Origin: Clostridiales bacterium
Lineage (GTDB): Bacteria; Bacillota; Clostridia; Saccharofermentanales; Saccharofermentanaceae
Direction of reading: 5' to 3'
Length of the DNA stretch: 64,000 nucleotides
Assembly (NCBI GenBank): GCA_017513085.1
Contig: JAFWDK010000016.1
Coordinates: forward strand, 1-64,000
Position 1 is the stretch's first letter. Each line of letters opens with the position of its first letter. A program made the translations under genes and the position numbers. The notes beneath the pieces were generated by a model. It was not told the origin of the DNA, did no database searches, and saw only the letters and a list, made by a program, of their open reading frames with translations. Positions 59,928 through 64,000 of this stretch are shown here, piece by piece.

Positions 59928-59970
59928 ATTATAATTGCAAATTTGCAATTATGTAATTGCTTTTGCAATT
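59928..59970 (-). promoter_or_regulatory. Palindromic operator array over the XRE promoter
   Basis: Perfect 22-bp palindrome ATAATTGCAAATTTGCAATTAT (59931-59952) and AATTGC-TTTT-GCAATT (59955-59970); minus-strand TATAAT at 59933-59928. Confidence 0.7.
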
Positions 59971-60050
59971 TCTTTTTTGTTGACGTATTTCAATAATCCG
60001 CCTAAACTATGTATGCATTATTGAAAAACACTTGTAAGTGGAGGCTTCTC

Positions 60051-61301
60051 ATGGAGATTGCATTAGGTTTTGGTAAAGAAAAGATACCGGTAAATGTTCC
60101 GGATAATCAGGTTATGGCCGTACTCACGCCGAATGAAGCCGAGATCGGGCTGACAGGCAGTGACGAAGTCTACCGTTCCATGCGTGAGCCGATCGGCCTT
60201 CCGCCTCTTCGCGAAGTCGTAAAGAAAGGCGAGACCGTCGCGATCATCACCTCGGACATTACCCGTCCGATCCCGAGTTATAAAGTTCTTCCGGCTGTGC
60301 TCGACGAGCTGACTGCTGCCGGTATCGAAGACAAAGATATCACCATCGTATTCGCACTCGGTTCCCATGGCGGACACACCGAAGAGCGTATGCGTTACAT
60401 GGTCGGCGACGCCGTATATGACCGCGTCCGCTGCATCGATTCCGATGTCAATGACGCCGTACATGTCGGCACCACTTCCCGCGGCACCCCGGTCGACATC
60501 TTCCGCCCTGTCGTAGAAGCAGACCGCCGCATCTGTCTCGGCAACATCGAATATCACTACTTCGCCGGATACAGCGGAGGCTACAAGGCCATCATGCCAG
60601 GCGTCTCCACCTGGGATGCCATCCAGCACAACCACAGCGCCATGGTAGAAGAAGCGGCCTGCGCTGGCCGTCTCGAAGGCAATCCGGTCCGTGAAGATAT
60701 TGAAGAAAGCGGACGCATCCTGGGCGTCGACTATATCGTCAACGTCGTGCTCGATGCCAAGAAAGAAATCATCCGTAGCTTCGCCGGCGACCCGATCCTG
60801 GCGCACCGCGAAGGCTGCAAGTTCCTGGATTCTTTCTACAAAGTCAGCATCCCGGAAAAGGCCGACATCGTTGTCGTTTCCGCGGGCGGTTTCCCGAAGG
60901 ATATCAATATGTATCAGGCGCAAAAAGCACTGGACAATGCGAAGCATGCGGTCAAGGAGGGCGGTATCATCGTCTGGATCGCGTCCTGTAAGGAAGGTCT
61001 GGGCGAGCATCACTTTGAGCAGTGGCTCACCGGTCACGAGAAGAGTTCCGATATGATCACGCATATCAAGACTGACTTCGTCCTCGGCGGACACAAGGCT
61101 GCAGCTATCGCGATGGTACTGGAAAAGGCCCGTATCTTCTTTGTTTCCGACCTCGAACACGACTTCGTCAAGCGAGTCTTCTTAGAGCCGTATTCCGACA
61201 TTCAGACCGCAATCGATGCCGCGATTGAAGCTAAAGGAAAAGATGCCAAGATCGTCGTAATGCCTTATGGCGGATCGACACTTCCGAAGGTTGCCGAGTA
61301 A
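60051..61301 (+). CDS. larA: Nickel-pincer lactate racemase (LarA) family protein
   Basis: SDITRP, ALGSH, HYFAGYSGGYK, GG.PKD.N.YQ..K, VMPYG. Confidence 0.88.
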   Translation: MEIALGFGKEKIPVNVPDNQVMAVLTPNEAEIGLTGSDEVYRSMREPIGLPPLREVVKKGETVAIITSDITRPIPSYKVLPAVLDELTAAGIEDKDITIVFALGSHGGHTEERMRYMVGDAVYDRVRCIDSDVNDAVHVGTTSRGTPVDIFRPVVEADRRICLGNIEYHYFAGYSGGYKAIMPGVSTWDAIQHNHSAMVEEAACAGRLEGNPVREDIEESGRILGVDYIVNVVLDAKKEIIRSFAGDPILAHREGCKFLDSFYKVSIPEKADIVVVSAGGFPKDINMYQAQKALDNAKHAVKEGGIIVWIASCKEGLGEHHFEQWLTGHEKSSDMITHIKTDFVLGGHKAAAIAMVLEKARIFFVSDLEHDFVKRVFLEPYSDIQTAIDAAIEAKGKDAKIVVMPYGGSTLPKVAE

Positions 61302-61340
61302 AATACCGCATCCATTGATCAGGTAAAACAACAATTAACG

Positions 61341-61374
61341 AAAGAGGACGTCTGTTAGAAGGCGTCCTCTTTTT
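61341..61374. terminator. Bidirectional terminator
   Basis: AAAGAGGACG/CGTCCTCTTT stem. Confidence 0.8.
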
Positions 61375-61376
61375 CT

Positions 61377-61865
61377 TTATACTAGTTTCAGTTTTACGTC
61401 TACCGACTCGTCATCGCCGATGGTCAATATCGCGTAGCCGCCGCGCCTCAGTGCGCCTCCGTTAATAAACCGGATCCCCTCTTCCGTCTCGTCCACGGCA
61501 CAGTGAGTATGCCCGTACACCACGATGTCGCAGTGCTTTTCGCGCGCGGTAACGGCAAGGAGCGAATAGCTCGGGCCATGAAAAAGATGCCCATGCGTAA
61601 GGAATACCCGATGTGTTTCCGAGATCGGGAAAGCCAGGACCGGTGGCAATTGCGAAGCGGTATGAGTATAAATATCGCAGTTTCCGCAAACCATATACAA
61701 TTCAAATTTATGGTTTTCTTTGCGTATCACATCCTCGACCTCATGCGTCTCCATCTGAAGATCGCCGGCAATGATAACGCCATCCAGCGGAGATTCCTGC
61801 ATGACCACATAGCGTAGGTTTTCTTCCCGTCCGTGTATATCCGAACAAATCAGATATTTCTTCAT
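61377..61865 (-). CDS. Metallophosphoesterase (YfcE/MJ0936 family)
   Basis: SDIHG, AGD, GNCD, THG, GHTH, ING; GAGGTG RBS. Confidence 0.9.
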   Translation of the reverse strand: MKKYLICSDIHGREENLRYVVMQESPLDGVIIAGDLQMETHEVEDVIRKENHKFELYMVCGNCDIYTHTASQLPPVLAFPISETHRVFLTHGHLFHGPSYSLLAVTAREKHCDIVVYGHTHCAVDETEEGIRFINGGALRRGGYAILTIGDDESVDVKLKLV

Positions 61866-61875
61866 AGGATACACC

Positions 61876-62970
61876 TCACTCCTTATACATACGCTCCATA
61901 AATCGCGGATTCTCAGCTGAAAGAAGGTTTTGAGCCGCCTGATCCGCAAGTTCGATAGTCAACTTCTCATATTCACACTGCAACGCGGAAACCAAAGACA
62001 TTGAACCTGTATGTCCATGATTCGCGCAGGCACACATATGGCGGCAACGCGGGCGAAGCACGCACTCCGAGCAGTTTTTTTCTTCGATACGCTGCGATTC
62101 CAAAGAAGAAAGCTTCTTCTCATCAATGCCTGTTTCCAGGTCACCGACCAGGAAATCATCCCTACCGATAAAATGCGTGCACGGATAAAACTTTCCGTCC
62201 ACATCCACCATCATCTTATGTCCGCCGAAATGGCAAAGGCGGTTATCCGCGTCTCTTCCACGGATATAATTTCTGATCTTGTTTTCGAAAGGAAGAAACC
62301 GGAAAATATCATCTCCCCGATTCCATTTCTCATATAGTTTCTCCACTTTTTCCAGTTCCCGCCTAAGGACAGAAAACCTCTCCTCGGTCCAATCAACACG
62401 TTCTCCATGAGCCGGAACCAGGCTTACCGAGCGCACACCCTTTTCCCTGAAGAAGCAAATAGAATCCGCAATCTTATCCGCATGATCCGGATGCACCGTC
62501 ATCATAATGATCGTTTCCGGGAAAACACGGAGCAACATCTCCAGTTTTCTGTCGACCACTTCGGAAGTAGTCCTTCCGCCACGGTCAACACGAGAAAGAT
62601 CCTGCGCCAATCCATCGTGTGAAAGTGCCAGCAGGATATGATTCTTCTTGGCAAAAGCAAGAAACTCTTCGTCCAGCAAGAGTCCATTGGTCGTGATCTC
62701 GAAGGTGACTTTCATACCGGAGATCGTTCGTGTTTTCTGCTGTGCGTACTGAACCAGAAACTCGATCTCTTTCCGGGCCAGAAGCGGTTCTCCTCCATAA
62801 AAGGATATCTGCGCGCTTCCTGTCAACAAGTTATCGATGGCCCGCATCGCTGTTTCTATTGGCATATACTTGTCCTCATGTTTCTGAAGACAATACCTGC
62901 AATCAAAATTACACTGGTGAGTCATCACCAGTGTAAGTCTTTGCATCTTCATAGATCCTTGATCCTTCAT
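61876..62970 (-). CDS. Radical SAM/SPASM protein, peptide-maturase-like
   Basis: CNFDCRYC, FYGGEPLL, TTNG, SHDG; SPASM CHFG..G..YPC...CSEC.....C...CAC.N...C. The start could also be 62952 or 63030. Confidence 0.9.
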   Translation of the reverse strand: MKDQGSMKMQRLTLVMTHQCNFDCRYCLQKHEDKYMPIETAMRAIDNLLTGSAQISFYGGEPLLARKEIEFLVQYAQQKTRTISGMKVTFEITTNGLLLDEEFLAFAKKNHILLALSHDGLAQDLSRVDRGGRTTSEVVDRKLEMLLRVFPETIIMMTVHPDHADKIADSICFFREKGVRSVSLVPAHGERVDWTEERFSVLRRELEKVEKLYEKWNRGDDIFRFLPFENKIRNYIRGRDADNRLCHFGGHKMMVDVDGKFYPCTHFIGRDDFLVGDLETGIDEKKLSSLESQRIEEKNCSECVLRPRCRHMCACANHGHTGSMSLVSALQCEYEKLTIELADQAAQNLLSAENPRFMERMYKE

Positions 62971-63001
62971 TCGTATTTCCTTTTCCGTACCTGCAGACAG
63001 C

Positions 63002-63403
63002 TTATGAATCTGTCGTATCGTCTGACTCACATGTCTCGCAAGGAATTTCGCCTTCGATCATGCAATCGTCTGACGGTTCGGTCTCGATCGTTTCTTCGCC
63101 CATCAAGACTTCTGTTTCATCTGTCGGCTCAGTCGTAATTTGAACAACATCGCCATCAATCACCATTTCTGTTGTTTCAAAACCGCCGAAATCCAATCCG
63201 TTCGCCATTCCACCCAAAAATCCCTTTGTTCTGCCGTTTCCTTCCGAAGTTTTGTCACCACATCCCGTAGCCAGTGACATGGTCGCTGCCAGAGCAGTAA
63301 CGGCAGCAATCTTTGTTACCGCTGACACCTTGGAAAAATGCTTGACCTGTTCCAATGTCGGATATCCGGGATTCACATTGTTTTTGATCGGCGACTGTTT
63401 CAT
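63002..63403 (-). CDS. Lipoprotein, candidate radical-SAM substrate (RiPP-like precursor)
   Basis: AGGAGG RBS; N-terminal extension containing PGYP; lipobox LATGC (Cys48); acidic tail with repeats VIDGDVV, VLMGEET, MIEGEIP. Confidence 0.75.
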   Translation of the reverse strand: MKQSPIKNNVNPGYPTLEQVKHFSKVSAVTKIAAVTALAATMSLATGCGDKTSEGNGRTKGFLGGMANGLDFGGFETTEMVIDGDVVQITTEPTDETEVLMGEETIETEPSDDCMIEGEIPCETCESDDTTDS

Positions 63404-63435
63404 ATTCTTGTCCTCCTGATTTCTCTTTCATATAT

Positions 63436-63464
63436 TAGACGAGAAAAAAGAGTGTTTTGTTGCA
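63436..63464 (-). promoter_or_regulatory. ECF sigma-type promoter
   Basis: TGCAAC-N17-CGTCTA preceded by a T-tract, ~33 nt upstream of the ATG at 63403. Confidence 0.65.
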
Positions 63465-63572
63465 AAAAAAGTAAAAAGGATCCAAACTTTTCTTTTGTAA
63501 TATTATAACGCCAAAGCACTTCAGAATAAACTGCCTGTTCTTTTCAGGGAAAGGCCGGAAGGATACCCGGGC

Positions 63573-64000
63573 TCAGTGTTTCGATTTTATCTGTATCGCC
63601 GTACCGGCGCCGATCAGTGCCGCCCATATGAAAAAGGACACCCAGACATTTTCGCACCCTTGCTTCACAACCGGATCCAGGAAGGACGGGAGTTTCTCCC
63701 ACGAATACAGAAGTCCTGCCGTCGTCACGAAAGCATCGCGGATAATGTCCGCGCCGATTACGGCAGTGATCACTTTAATGGCCGGCTCCTGAAGTATGCA
63801 GATCAGAATGCCCACCAGGATACCGATCACCGCAGCGATCAGGCAGATCGCTAAGAATTTCTCCCACTCGGTATTGCCCGGAATATAGGACATCAAAGAC
63901 GAGATCTGTTTATCCGAGATCAGACTCTGACTGGCTTCCGAAGCCTCTGTCAGTTTCGCCACGGAGTTCGGGGAAAAGGTAATGAAAAGATTCAAGTTTG
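63573..64000 (-). CDS. 3' part of a membrane protein whose start lies beyond the window
   Basis: Open frame to the window edge; hydrophobic segments; ends GAGTAIQIKSKH (DUF4203-like). Confidence 0.7.
   Translation of the reverse strand, partial: NLNLFITFSPNSVAKLTEASEASQSLISDKQISSLMSYIPGNTEWEKFLAICLIAAVIGILVGILICILQEPAIKVITAVIGADIIRDAFVTTAGLLYSWEKLPSFLDPVVKQGCENVWVSFFIWAALIGAGTAIQIKSKH

Noticed and set aside
57217-60010. Prophage or ICE call for the island
   Set aside because: No integrase, replication, structural or conjugation genes, and no flanking direct repeats seen.

Overview
About 64 kb from a ~50% GC anaerobic Clostridia-like chromosome. The taxonomy is inferred from gene content: Na+-pumping decarboxylase, NfnAB, LarA and many lipoproteins. 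Most of the window holds housekeeping and accessory genes: tRNA-Val(CAC), OhrR plus radical SAM, two GGDEF/EAL proteins, a COG0523 pair, a VTC/DUF4956/Cthe_2159 locus with a two-component system, an oad operon, several ABC systems, nfnAB and larA. There is no CRISPR array, rRNA, integrase or transposase. Best candidates for undescribed systems: (1) an AT-rich five-gene island at 57.3-60.0 kb (XRE, ImmA/IrrE protease, DUF4417, an EndoU-type toxin that starts MGTSK and has no delivery domain, and an immunity protein); (2) an operon at 61.4-63.5 kb with an ECF-type promoter, pairing a lipoprotein that has a RiPP-like PGYP leader and repeated hydrophobic-x-G-[D/E] motifs with a radical SAM/SPASM enzyme; (3) the bacterial VTC locus; (4) a hybrid sugar-importer / membrane-fusion / MacB-like operon; (5) two regulator-linked candidate sRNAs with anti-Shine-Dalgarno loops. 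The first ~118 bp look like an assembly chimera (adapter-like 11-mer plus a 71% GC dxr fragment). All family assignments come from motif recognition by eye, not from database searches.
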